Assembly (NCBI GenBank): GCA_963734055.1
Contig: CAVTFQ010000005.1
Location: 152,940-216,939 of the forward strand
Length of the DNA: 64,000 nt
Reading direction: 5' to 3'
Source of the DNA: an uncultured beta proteobacterium
GTDB taxonomy: Bacteria > Pseudomonadota > Gammaproteobacteria > Burkholderiales > Casimicrobiaceae
Below are positions 27,718 through 37,136 of the stretch, piece after piece. A program made the position numbers and the translations under genes. Positions within the stretch are counted from its first letter, which is position 1, and every line of letters begins with the position of its first letter. The notes under the pieces are model-generated. The model did not search any database. It worked only from the letters and a program-made list of their open reading frames with translations, and was not told where the DNA came from.

Positions 27718-28718
27718 TAATTCGCGGCGACCTGCGGGTTGGGCAGTCCCTCGCGGATCCCCTGCGAGAAGCCCGGGTCACGATCGAGGGCCTTCGCTTT
27801 GGCATTGATGTGACTCTTTGCGCGCAACTCCTCGAACGGCATCCGCGTATCGATCCTTCCGCGCTCATAGAGCATCTGATCGCCGTACCCGTTGGCGAGC
27901 AATCGCCAGTCGAAGCGCGCTGCATTCGCGGCGACGTGCGTGACGTGCGTCCGGATGCTGGTCGTGCAGTTGTCGACCAGCGCGTTGTAGAACTGCGGGG
28001 CCTTGACCAGCGCGTTCATGCTGGCGACGTAATCCATGAGCAGGGCGCGCGCCTGCACCGGCGTCACCTTCAGCCGGTAGAGATAGACGTCCTCGCCGCG
28101 ATAGTTGGTTCGCGCGCGGATGACATCGCGCTCGTCGGCGGCGACATAGATGATTTCGTATTGCCTGAAGAAACCCTTGACGGCCGAGTACTCCTGGCCC
28201 CTGCTCTTCCGGGTCTCGATGGAGATCGCAAGCGGCCGTGAGCCCTCGAAGTCCCAGCTCATGATCGTGTGCGCAATGGCCGGCGAACCCCAGTAAGACA
28301 TGAACAGGTCGAGACCGCGCAGCTTCGAGAGATCGTAGACACGGTCCTCGTAGCGCGGAGTGAAATCGGTTTCGCTTCGATAGTCGAAGTCGCGTACGTT
28401 GTGGAACGTCAACTGGTCGCCGCGGACTTCAGCCCAGGAGAGTTTCTCCACGTCGGGCTGCCAGTCGCGGTCGTTGCTCGGTTTCAGCGTGTTCCACCAG
28501 ACCATGATCGCAAGGAATGCGGCGCCCCAAACGGCCAGCGGCCGCCAGAGCGGGCGTAGCCAAATGAACGCCCCGATGCTGCCGATCACGAACAAGGCAA
28601 TGAAGGCTGCCCGAGGCACGACATCGGCGTCATGGCCGGCATAAAGGAGAGCGAGGACACCCCATGCCGACGCAATCAGCATTACGGTCGTAAGAACAAT
28701 GATAAGCGCACGCTTCAA
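27717..28718 (-). CDS. DUF4105 (Lnb N-terminal domain-like) membrane-anchored protein
   Basis: 333 aa with three N-terminal TM helices, then NDRDWQPDV..., FMSYWGSPAIAHT, and YNALVDNCTT. The family assignment is from memory of DUF4105 signatures. Confidence 0.65.
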   Translation of the reverse strand: MKRALIIVLTTVMLIASAWGVLALLYAGHDADVVPRAAFIALFVIGSIGAFIWLRPLWRPLAVWGAAFLAIMVWWNTLKPSNDRDWQPDVEKLSWAEVRGDQLTFHNVRDFDYRSETDFTPRYEDRVYDLSKLRGLDLFMSYWGSPAIAHTIMSWDFEGSRPLAISIETRKSRGQEYSAVKGFFRQYEIIYVAADERDVIRARTNYRGEDVYLYRLKVTPVQARALLMDYVASMNALVKAPQFYNALVDNCTTSIRTHVTHVAANAARFDWRLLANGYGDQMLYERGRIDTRMPFEELRAKSHINAKAKALDRDPGFSQGIREGLPNPQVAAN

Positions 28719-28815
28719 TCGGGTTCCCGCCGTTCCCCGGCGCCGCGCGACGACGTCGCCGTTGAGGATGAACTTACGCCGGATGATAATCCTTGCGTTG
28801 CACCGGCCTGTCCGG

Positions 28816-29403
28816 TCAGCGCGGTGGCGGCGCTTCCGGCCCGACGCCCCACGGTGGCGGCGCGATCGTGACGATCCGCGTGAAGAGCTCGCGGAATGCC
28901 TTGCTCGCCGGCACGCCGACGACCGGGTCCTCGTTCGACGCGAACGCGGCGTCGATCGCGGCCCAGTCCTCGGTGGTCAGCGCCTCGGCGGCGAGCGGCA
29001 GCACCTCGTCCTCCTCCTTGCGCATGTGCCGCCAGTGGAAGTGCGCGTAGCGCTCGACGCCCTCCGCAAACGGCGCGAAGGCGGTCGGGTCGGTGCGATA
29101 GCGCTCCCACAGCGCCTTCAGTTCGGCGAAGCGTTCGCGGCCGACGACGTGCTCGCGCTCGAGGGCGTCGAGCGTCGGCGCCCACTCGGGCCGCCGCGCC
29201 CGCAGCCGCGCGAACAGGTAGTCGTCCTCCTTCGGATGGTGAAGCTTCTCCGGGAACGCCTCGATGTAGTGGAACATCGCGCCGAAGAGCTTGTGGTCCG
29301 CCGCCATGCGGCCCGCGCCGACCTCGGCGACCAGGTGCCGCAGGCCCTCGACGACCGCCGTGATCGCGCGGTGCTCGTCCTGGATGATCGTGATCGCCTT
29401 CAT
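28816..29403 (-). CDS. hemerythrin-like (HHE cation-binding) domain protein
   Basis: MKAITIIQDEHRAI..., HHPKEDDYLF, and HFHWRHMRKEEDEVLP. GGAGGT lies upstream of ATG 29403. Confidence 0.75.
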   Translation of the reverse strand: MKAITIIQDEHRAITAVVEGLRHLVAEVGAGRMAADHKLFGAMFHYIEAFPEKLHHPKEDDYLFARLRARRPEWAPTLDALEREHVVGRERFAELKALWERYRTDPTAFAPFAEGVERYAHFHWRHMRKEEDEVLPLAAEALTTEDWAAIDAAFASNEDPVVGVPASKAFRELFTRIVTIAPPPWGVGPEAPPPR

Positions 29404-29414
29404 CGGACCTCCCT

Positions 29415-30116
29415 TCACGCCACCGCGACCAGCCGGTGCAGCGTGTCCGGATCGCGCAGCAGCGCTTCGCTGGCCGAGCGATGGACGATACGGCCGCGTT
29501 CGAGCACGACGGCCTGTTTCGTGAGCGACAGCGCGAGCTTCGCATGCTGCTCGACGACGATCACCGCCATGCCGCCGTCGGCGACGAGGCCGCGGATCAC
29601 GCCCATCAGCTCCTGCACGATGATCGGCGCCAAGCCTTCCATCGGCTCGTCGAGCAGCAGCAGCTTCGGATTCACCATCAGCGCGCGCGCGATCGCGAGC
29701 ATCTGCTGCTCGCCGCCCGAGAGCTGGTTGCCGTAGTTCGACCGCCGCTCCTCGAGGCGCGGAAATATCGCGTAGATGCGCTTCACGCCGAAGCGTCCCG
29801 GCCGCGCGACGGCGGTGAGATGCTCCTCGACGGTCAGCGACGGGAACATGTAGCGCTCCTGCGGGACCCAGCCCAGCCCGGCCCGGCTCCGCCGGTGCGT
29901 CGGGAGGCCGGCCAGATCCGATCCGCGCCAGCGCAGCGAGCCGCCGCGAAGCCGCGTCAGGCCCATCAGCGTCACGAGCAGCGTCGTCTTGCCGACGCCG
30001 TTGCGGCCGAGGAGCGCCAGGCTGCCTCCTTCCTCCACCGCGAGCGAGACGTCCTCGAGCACCACGCCGTCGCCGTAGCCCGCGGTGACGGAGTCGAGCG
30101 CCAAGAGCTCAGCCAT
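29415..30116 (-). CDS. livF: branched-chain-amino-acid-type ABC transporter ATP-binding protein
   Basis: Walker A GRNGVGKTT, signature LSGGEQQMLAIARA, Walker B LLLLDEP. Confidence 0.85.
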   Translation of the reverse strand: MAELLALDSVTAGYGDGVVLEDVSLAVEEGGSLALLGRNGVGKTTLLVTLMGLTRLRGGSLRWRGSDLAGLPTHRRSRAGLGWVPQERYMFPSLTVEEHLTAVARPGRFGVKRIYAIFPRLEERRSNYGNQLSGGEQQMLAIARALMVNPKLLLLDEPMEGLAPIIVQELMGVIRGLVADGGMAVIVVEQHAKLALSLTKQAVVLERGRIVHRSASEALLRDPDTLHRLVAVA

Positions 30117-30861
30117 GCTGCGCCTCGCCGAGATACACCTCGCGGACCCGCGGGTCGCCCGCGATTTCGTCCGGCGTTCCTTCGGTCAATACCTTCCCGC
30201 CGACGAGCACCGTGATCCGCTCGGCGAAGCGGAACACGAGCTCCATGTCGTGCTCGATGAAGAGGATCGTCACGTCCTTCGGCAGGCTCGCGATCACGCC
30301 GAAGAGCTCGGCGCTCTCGCCGGCCGGGATGCCGGCCGCCGGCTCGTCGAGCAGCAGGATCCGCGGCTTGGTCGCGAGCGCGAGCGCGATCTCGACCAGC
30401 CGCTGCTTGCCGTACGGCAGGTTCCGGGTCAGCGTGTTGGCCTCACGGCCGAGCCGCAGCCTCTGCAGCAGCGCCAGCGCCTCGTCCGCCTCCTCGCGCT
30501 GCCGCGCCACGGTCCGGTGCCAGATACCGGCGCGGCCCCGGCGCTCGCAGATCGCGAGCGTCGCCGACTCGAGCACCGTGAGGCCCGCGAACAACGTGTT
30601 GATCTGGAACGTGCGCGTCATGCCGCGCTTCACGCGCTGGTGCTGCGCGAGCGCGGTGATCCGCTCGTCGCCCAGGAACACGTCGCCCGCGGTCGGCGAC
30701 AAGGCGCCGGTCAGGAGGTTGATGAGCGTCGTCTTGCCGGCGCCGTTCGGCCCGATCAGCGCGTGCCTTACGCCGTGCGGAAAGGCGAGCGAGACGTCGC
30801 TGTTCGCGCGGAATTCGCCGAACGACTTCGTGAGCCCCGACGTGCGCAGCGCGGGCGTCAT
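30109..30861 (-). CDS. livG: branched-chain-amino-acid-type ABC transporter ATP-binding protein
   Basis: Walker A GPNGAGKTT, signature LPYGKQRLVEIALA, Walker B ILLLDEPAAG. Confidence 0.85.
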   Translation of the reverse strand: MTPALRTSGLTKSFGEFRANSDVSLAFPHGVRHALIGPNGAGKTTLINLLTGALSPTAGDVFLGDERITALAQHQRVKRGMTRTFQINTLFAGLTVLESATLAICERRGRAGIWHRTVARQREEADEALALLQRLRLGREANTLTRNLPYGKQRLVEIALALATKPRILLLDEPAAGIPAGESAELFGVIASLPKDVTILFIEHDMELVFRFAERITVLVGGKVLTEGTPDEIAGDPRVREVYLGEAQHG

Positions 30862-31871
30862 GTCCTCGACCCACGCCGGCGATCGCGCAGCGCTTCGGCG
30901 GCACCGAGGATCCCTCCGCGCGCGAACAGCACGACGACGACCAGAAGCAGGCCCAGCCAGAACTGCCAGTAGATCGGATTCAGATCGGAGAGGTAATGGT
31001 GCGCGACCATGAAGACTATTGCGCCGACGAGTCCCCCGTAGAGTCGTCCCGCGCCGCCCAGCACCAGCATGATCATCAGATCGGCCGAGCGCGGAAAGCC
31101 GAAGACGTCGAGTCCCACGAACTGCGTCGTCTGCGCGAGCAGTCCCCCGGCGACGCCGGCCATGGCCGCACTGACCGTGTAGATCGCAATCAGCCGCGTC
31201 GCCACCGGCGCGCCGATCGCCGGCATCCGCCGCACGTTCTCGCGAACGCCGCGCAGCGAAAGGCCGAACGGCGAGCTCACGATCCGGCGCACGACGACGA
31301 ACAGCAGGAACAGGATGCCCAGGCTGTAGAGGTAGGCGGTGCTCCCGGCCAGGTCGAACGAGAACCGGCCGAGCACTTTCCCCATCGTCACGCCGGAAAG
31401 GCCGTCCGCGCCGCCGGTGATCGAGGCCAGCTGGTTCGCGCCCTCGAACAGCATGAGGCCGATGCCGAGCGTGACCATCAGCCGCGCGAGGTCCGATCCC
31501 CGAACGACGAGGAAGCTCGTCGCGAAGCCGACGACCGCACCGGCCACGCAGGCGACGACCAGGCCCGAGAACGGCTCGCCCCAGCCGTGAACGGCGAGCA
31601 ATCCGGCGGCATAGGCGCCGATGCCGAAGTACGCCGCGTGCCCGAGCGAGACGATGCCTGCGTAGCCGAGGATCAGGTCGAGCGAGACGGCGAACAACCC
31701 CGTGATCAGGATCTGGCTGCCGAGCACCCGGTGCTGGGGAAAGACGAAGAACGCCGCGAGCGCGGCCAGCCAGAACGCGATCTCCGGCGCGCGCCAGCGG
31801 TCGGTCGGTAGCCTCGGGGCGATCGCCGTGGCGTCCACCGCGGCGACCGTCGGGCTAGGCGCGGCGACCAT
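30858..31871 (-). CDS. livM: branched-chain-amino-acid-type ABC transporter permease
   Basis: 337 aa polytopic protein with LGYAGIVSLGHAAYFGIGAY. Overlaps its neighbours. Confidence 0.85.
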   Translation of the reverse strand: MVAAPSPTVAAVDATAIAPRLPTDRWRAPEIAFWLAALAAFFVFPQHRVLGSQILITGLFAVSLDLILGYAGIVSLGHAAYFGIGAYAAGLLAVHGWGEPFSGLVVACVAGAVVGFATSFLVVRGSDLARLMVTLGIGLMLFEGANQLASITGGADGLSGVTMGKVLGRFSFDLAGSTAYLYSLGILFLLFVVVRRIVSSPFGLSLRGVRENVRRMPAIGAPVATRLIAIYTVSAAMAGVAGGLLAQTTQFVGLDVFGFPRSADLMIMLVLGGAGRLYGGLVGAIVFMVAHHYLSDLNPIYWQFWLGLLLVVVVLFARGGILGAAEALRDRRRGSRT

Positions 31872-32730
31872 AGAGCCCGGCGGGGAACACGATCATCAGC
31901 GTCACCATCAGGAAGTAGATGATGAACGAGCCGATCTGCGGCACGTAGTACTTGCCGGCGACGTCGCAGACCCCGAGGATCATCGCGGCGACGAGGCCGC
32001 CCTTGATCGTCCCTGCGCCGCCGATCGCCACGACCAGGAGGAAGTACACCATGTACTTGAGCGGGAACGTCGGATCCAGTCCGAGCACGTCGACGCCGAG
32101 CCCGCCGCCGAGACCGGCGAGCCCCGAGCCGAGCGCGAACGTCACGCCGAAGACGCGGTTGACGTTGATGCCGAGGCCGGCGGAGGCGATCGCATTGTCG
32201 ACGGAGGCCCGCACCTGCGCGCCGAAGCGCGTGCGCACGAGCAAGAGATGCAGCGCGACCGTGAGCACCGCGACGATCGCGATCAGGAACAGCCGGTAGG
32301 CGCCGAGGTCGAGCCCCAGGACGTGCACCTGCCCGCGCAGGAAATCGGGCAAGTGCACCGGCTGCTGCGAGGGGCCGAAGAAATACGTCGTCGCCGCGAC
32401 CGCCATGAACGCGAGGCCGATCGAGAACATCACCTGGTCGAGATGCGCCGCCTTGTAGAGGCGCTGGTAGAGCGTCCGCTCGAGGACGATGCCGGCCATC
32501 GCCGCGACGACGAACGCGGCGGGCAGCGTCGCGAGGAACGGGACGCCTGCGCGCGCCATCAGCTGCACGCAGACGTACCCGCCGAGCATCGCGAACGCGC
32601 CGTGCGCCAGATTGATGAAATTCATCAGGCCCATCGTCACCGACAGGCCGATGCTGATGATGAACAGCAGGCTGCCGTACGCAATGCCGTCGAACAGCAC
32701 CCCGGCGAGATTCCCGAGCATGGCTCGCAC
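31855..32730 (-). CDS. livH: branched-chain-amino-acid-type ABC transporter permease
   Basis: 291 aa; GLMNFINLAHGAFAMLGGY. Confidence 0.85.
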   Translation of the reverse strand: MRAMLGNLAGVLFDGIAYGSLLFIISIGLSVTMGLMNFINLAHGAFAMLGGYVCVQLMARAGVPFLATLPAAFVVAAMAGIVLERTLYQRLYKAAHLDQVMFSIGLAFMAVAATTYFFGPSQQPVHLPDFLRGQVHVLGLDLGAYRLFLIAIVAVLTVALHLLLVRTRFGAQVRASVDNAIASAGLGINVNRVFGVTFALGSGLAGLGGGLGVDVLGLDPTFPLKYMVYFLLVVAIGGAGTIKGGLVAAMILGVCDVAGKYYVPQIGSFIIYFLMVTLMIVFPAGLYGRRA

Positions 32731-32827
32731 ACCTGGACCCGTCCCGAAGCGGGCGGCGACCGACGGGCCGCCCCTAGGTCGCCGCGCCCCCTTGGGGGAG
32801 GCGCGCGAGCGCGCTTCGGGGGGAGCC

Positions 32828-34015
32828 CTAGTTGCCGGGGTCCTTTACGTTCTCGACCTTGTCGAACTCGACGTTCCAGGGCTTGCCGTTGACCATCTTG
32901 ACCTCGCGCAGGTAGACGGTCTGGATCGGCTGCCGCGTCGCCGGATCGATCGCGATCGGGCCGCGCGGGCTCATCCACTTCATGCCCTTCATCGCCTCGA
33001 CCAGCTGCTCACCCGTGGCGTTCGGACCGGCCTTCTTCAGCGCCCCGTAGATCAGGTGCATGCCATCGTAGCCGCCGACCGAGTGGAAGTTGGGGCGCAT
33101 CCCAGTGTTCGCCTTCATGAACGCGTCGACGTACGCCTTGTTCTCGGGCGAGTCGTGCGCGGCCGAATAATGGAACGCCGTGATGACGCCGACCGCTGGC
33201 GCGCCCATCGCCTCGAGCAAGTCGTCGTCGGTCACGTCGCCGGTGCCGATCAGCTTGACGCCGGCCTGCTTCAGGCCGCGCTCGTCGAACTGCTTCATCA
33301 GGGCCAGGCCTTCGCCGGACGGGACGAACACGAACAGTGCGTCGGGCTTCGCATCCTTCGCCCGTTGCAGGAACGGCGCGTAGTCGGGATTGCGCAAAGG
33401 CGTGCGGATCGACTCCACGATCTCGCCGCCTCCCGCCTTGAACACCGCGACGAACGTCTTCTCGGCGTCGAGACCCGGGCCATAGTCGGTCACCAGCGTG
33501 ACGACGCGCTTGATCTTGTTCTTGAGCGCCCATTCGGCGATCGGCGCCGTGACCTGCGGCAGCGTGAAGTTCGGACGCACGATGAACGGCGAGCGCGTCG
33601 GGATCATCGCGGTCGCCGCCGCCATCACGATCATCGGGACCTTGGCCTCGGTCGCCACGGGCGCGGCGGCGAGTGCGAGCGGCGTCAGGCCGAAGCCGGC
33701 GAGCACGCTCACCTTGTCCTGCACGACCATCTCCTGCGCGATGCGCTTGGTCGTCTCCGGCGCGAGCCCGGTGTCGTCCTTGACGATCAGTTCGATCTTG
33801 CGGCCGGCGACCGTGTCGCCGTTCTTCGCCATGTACAACCGGCACGCCGCCTCGATCTGCTTGCCGGTCGACGCGAACGGGCCGGTCAGCGGGAGGATGA
33901 GGCCGATCTTGAACGGATCGGCGGCGAGCGCGGGGCCGGCCAGCGCGGATAACGCGGCCGCGGCCACGAGGCCCTGCAGCGCGCGGCGGCGCGAGGTTCG
34001 CGGGGGATGGTGCAT
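32828..34015 (-). CDS. LivK-family (type I) periplasmic substrate-binding protein with a Tat-like signal
   Basis: MHHPPRTSRRRALQGLVAAAALSALAGPALAADPFKIGLILPLTGPFA..., 395 aa. Start set at ATG 34015. Confidence 0.85.
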   Translation of the reverse strand: MHHPPRTSRRRALQGLVAAAALSALAGPALAADPFKIGLILPLTGPFASTGKQIEAACRLYMAKNGDTVAGRKIELIVKDDTGLAPETTKRIAQEMVVQDKVSVLAGFGLTPLALAAAPVATEAKVPMIVMAAATAMIPTRSPFIVRPNFTLPQVTAPIAEWALKNKIKRVVTLVTDYGPGLDAEKTFVAVFKAGGGEIVESIRTPLRNPDYAPFLQRAKDAKPDALFVFVPSGEGLALMKQFDERGLKQAGVKLIGTGDVTDDDLLEAMGAPAVGVITAFHYSAAHDSPENKAYVDAFMKANTGMRPNFHSVGGYDGMHLIYGALKKAGPNATGEQLVEAMKGMKWMSPRGPIAIDPATRQPIQTVYLREVKMVNGKPWNVEFDKVENVKDPGN

Positions 34016-34085
34016 CGACTCCTCCTTGTCAGTGGTTGATTCGAATGTCCGACTCGATGTGCAGTGTACGTCGCCCTGGCCGAGA

Positions 34086-34829
34086 TCAGGCGTTCGCCGG
34101 TTGCCGTGCCGGTACGCCGCGCGCGGGGACCCGCAGCCACGCGAGCATCGCCTGCGCGACCTCGCGCGGGCGCTCCATCGGCGCCATGTGGCCACAGGAT
34201 TCGATCACGGCCAGCGTCGCTCCGGGAATCAGCGCCGCCATCTCCTCGTGCTGCCGCGGCGGGCTCCATGCGTCCTCGCGGCCGCACAGCGCGAGGGTTG
34301 GACAGGCGATTGCACGCAACGTGGCCGTGGCGTCCGGCCGCGCGAGCAGCGCCTCGATCTGCGCCGCGAAATCGTCGGGCGTGCGCCGCTCGAACATGTC
34401 GAGGACGGTGTCGATCAGTGGTGCGTCGTCGAGCCGCGCCGGATGGACCATCGGCCGAACCCATTCCCGCGCCATGGCCCGCGTGCCTTCGGCGCGGGCG
34501 AGCGCGAGCAGAGCGAGCCGCCCCGCCTTCTCGTCCTCCCCGGCAGCACCGGCAGGCCGCTCGCGGAACCCGGTGTCGAAGAGCGCGAGGCGCTGGACGC
34601 GTTCCGGTGCCCGCCGCACGATCTCGAGCGCCACCCGCCCCCCCATCGAATGTCCCGCCAGCGCGAAGGTCGGCGGTGCACCCGCCAGTACGCGCGTCGC
34701 CATCTCGCCGAGGCTGGCCGCGTCGTGATAGGCCGGAATGCGACAGCGGACGAGGTCATCGAGGTCCGGCAGAATCGGTGCCCATGCCGCGGCGTCGCCG
34801 AGCAGCCCCGGCAGCAGCAGGAGGTCCAT
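34086..34829 (-). CDS. alpha/beta-fold hydrolase
   Basis: 247 aa with nucleophile elbow AGHSMGG and C-terminal SCGHMAPMERP (His). ATGA overlap with the ligJ stop. Confidence 0.75.
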   Translation of the reverse strand: MDLLLLPGLLGDAAAWAPILPDLDDLVRCRIPAYHDAASLGEMATRVLAGAPPTFALAGHSMGGRVALEIVRRAPERVQRLALFDTGFRERPAGAAGEDEKAGRLALLALARAEGTRAMAREWVRPMVHPARLDDAPLIDTVLDMFERRTPDDFAAQIEALLARPDATATLRAIACPTLALCGREDAWSPPRQHEEMAALIPGATLAVIESCGHMAPMERPREVAQAMLAWLRVPARGVPARQPANA

Positions 34830-35881
34830 CAGCGCCGCCTCGCCGTCGCATTGACCCCGCGCGCCGACTTCGATCCGAGGCGCCCGAAGACTCGCCTCGC
34901 GTTGTCCTCGAAGATCTTCGCGCGGTCGGCCGCGCTGAGCGCACTCACCTGGTCGACGTAGCGCCGCGTGTCGTCGAAGTGATGACCGGTCTCGGGGTCG
35001 ATGCCACGCACCGCGCCGACCATCTCCGAAGCGAAGAGGATGTTGTCGACCGGAATGACCTTCGTCAGCAGCTCGATGCCCGGTCGATGATAGACGCACG
35101 TGTCGAAGAACACGTTGTTCAGCAGCAGCTCGGGCAGGGGAGGCCGCTTCATGTCCTGCGCGAGGCCGCGATAGCGCCCCCAGTGGTAGGGCACCGCGCC
35201 GCCGCCGTGCGGAATGATGAATTTGAGCGTCGGAAAATCCTTGAACAGGTCGGATGCGAGGAACTGCATGAACGCGGTCGTGTCCGCGTTGATGTAGTGC
35301 GCTCCCGTCGCATGGAAGCACGGGTTGCACGACGTCGACACGTGGACCATCGCCGGCACGTCGAGCTCGACCATCTTCTCGTAAAGCGGGTACCACCAGC
35401 GGTCGGTCAACGGGGGTTCCTTCCAGTGCCCGCCCGACGGATCCGGATTCAGGTTGCAGCCGATGAATCCGAGCTCGTTGACGCAGCGCTCGAGCTCGGG
35501 GATGCACCGCTCGGGCGGCACCCCGGGCGACTGCGGCAGCTGGCAGACGCCGACGAAGTTGTCCGGATAGAGGCCGCAGACGCGCGCCACCAAGTCATTG
35601 CAGAGCTCCGACCACTCGCGGCTCGTCGCCTCGGTGCCGACATGGTGCGCCATGAAGCTCGCCCGCGGCGAGAAGATCGTGAGGTCGGTGCCGCGCTCGC
35701 GCTGCATCTTCAGTTGCGCGTTCTCGAGGCTCGCGCGGATCTCGTCGTCGGCGATGACGAGCTCGGCGCGCTTCGGTCCCTTCGCCGGATCGTCGAGCGC
35801 GGCCACCTGCCGCTTGCGCCACGCCTCGAGCGCGGCCGGCGCGGTCGTGTAATGCCCGTGGCAGTCGATGATCATCGGCAA
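34829..35881 (-). CDS. ligJ: 4-oxalomesaconate hydratase (amidohydrolase-2 family)
   Basis: MPMIIDCHGH..., GCNLNPDP, PPLTDRWWYPLYEKMVELDVPAMVH, IIPHGGGAVPY, and KIFEDNARRVF. Close to my recollection of Sphingobium LigJ. Confidence 0.85.
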   Translation of the reverse strand: MPMIIDCHGHYTTAPAALEAWRKRQVAALDDPAKGPKRAELVIADDEIRASLENAQLKMQRERGTDLTIFSPRASFMAHHVGTEATSREWSELCNDLVARVCGLYPDNFVGVCQLPQSPGVPPERCIPELERCVNELGFIGCNLNPDPSGGHWKEPPLTDRWWYPLYEKMVELDVPAMVHVSTSCNPCFHATGAHYINADTTAFMQFLASDLFKDFPTLKFIIPHGGGAVPYHWGRYRGLAQDMKRPPLPELLLNNVFFDTCVYHRPGIELLTKVIPVDNILFASEMVGAVRGIDPETGHHFDDTRRYVDQVSALSAADRAKIFEDNARRVFGRLGSKSARGVNATARRR

Positions 35882-35888
35882 GCCGCCT

Positions 35889-36752
35889 TCACGCCGCGCG
35901 CGTCTGCGGCACCCGCTCGTTCGCGAGCACCATGAGCCCGGTCGCCGTGTTGGACACCGGGATGTGGTAGTTCGAGTGGACCTTGGTCACGCGCCCCGTG
36001 AGCGCGCCGCGCGCCGCGATCCAGGCCATGAGCTCGGTGCCCTGCGCACCTGCCTCGCGGACGATGTCGAGCGTCGAGTAGCGCGTGAGACGCTCCGGGT
36101 CGTTGACGAGCGCGTCCATGCACATGAGGTCGAACGGCTTGTTGATGAAGCCGGCGCGCTGGCCGTCGAGCTGGTGCGAGAGTCCGCCGGTGCCCATCAC
36201 CAGGATGCGAACGTCCTCGTCCCACGCGTCGAGCGCGCGACCGACCGCCTGTCCCAGCCGGTACGCGCGCCGCGGCGACGGCAGCGGGTGCTGGACATGG
36301 TTCATCGCGATCGGGACGATCCGGACCGGCCAGTCCGCGCCGCCCGGCCACAGCAGTGCCATCGGCAGCGTCAGCGCATGGTCGACGAGCATCTCCTGGC
36401 ACATCGTGATGTCGAACTCGTCGGCAACGAGCGATTCGATGAGGTGCCACGAGAGGGCCGGATCGCCCCTGAACGGCTTCACCGTCGGGATGCCCCAGCC
36501 CTCGTCGGCGTTCCGGTACTCCGCAGCCGCGCCGACGGCGAACGTCGGCAGCTTGTCCAGGAAGAAGTTGAGCCCGTGGTCGTTGTAGAACACGACGACG
36601 ACGTCGGGCTTCACCCGCGCGAGCCACGCGTGCACCGGCGGGTAGCCGTCGAAGAAGGGCTTCCAGTAGGGCTCCTGCTGCAGGTGCTTCGCGATCGCGC
36701 CTCCGATGGCGGGGACGTGCGAGCTCGTGACGGCGCCGATGACGTTGGCCAT
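35889..36752 (-). CDS. LigB-like class III extradiol dioxygenase beta subunit, second paralogue
   Basis: 287 aa; SSHVPAIG, VVFYNDH, PTFAVG, NADEGWG, and GTGGLSHQL. Roughly 40-50% identical by eye to 38352-39194. Confidence 0.75.
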   Translation of the reverse strand: MANVIGAVTSSHVPAIGGAIAKHLQQEPYWKPFFDGYPPVHAWLARVKPDVVVVFYNDHGLNFFLDKLPTFAVGAAAEYRNADEGWGIPTVKPFRGDPALSWHLIESLVADEFDITMCQEMLVDHALTLPMALLWPGGADWPVRIVPIAMNHVQHPLPSPRRAYRLGQAVGRALDAWDEDVRILVMGTGGLSHQLDGQRAGFINKPFDLMCMDALVNDPERLTRYSTLDIVREAGAQGTELMAWIAARGALTGRVTKVHSNYHIPVSNTATGLMVLANERVPQTRAA

Positions 36753-36763
36753 GAGTCGGTCTC

Positions 36764-37117
36764 CTATTTCCCGGCCGCGACCAGCATGGCCTTGAATGCG
36801 TCCTTGGTCATTCCGGTCTGCTGCGCGCCGATGTCCTGGACGTCGAGACCGAGGATGCCCGCGAACTTGGCGAGGTAGTAGATGTTGCCGCCAGCGGCGA
36901 TCAGCTGCAGCACGTTGCGGCTCGCGATCGCCGCCCGTTGCTCGTCGTCGAGCGCGAACTTGCGGCAGTACGCATCCTCGTCGCGCCCGAACTCCGCGCG
37001 GTTGTCCGCCGAGTTGAACGAGTAGCACATCCGGTTCAACGCGTAGCCTTTCCGCGCCAGGTAGCCGTCGAACACCGTCGTGCCCGGAATCCCGTAGTCC
37101 CGCTGCCTGCCGCCCAT
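36764..37117 (-). CDS. LigA-like dioxygenase alpha subunit, second paralogue
   Basis: 117 aa; IPGTTVFDGYLARKGYALNRMCYS and GGNIYYLAKFAGILG, paralleling 39199-39597. Confidence 0.7.
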   Translation of the reverse strand: MGGRQRDYGIPGTTVFDGYLARKGYALNRMCYSFNSADNRAEFGRDEDAYCRKFALDDEQRAAIASRNVLQLIAAGGNIYYLAKFAGILGLDVQDIGAQQTGMTKDAFKAMLVAAGK

Positions 37118-37136
37118 CGCCTTCCCTCTCGATCTA

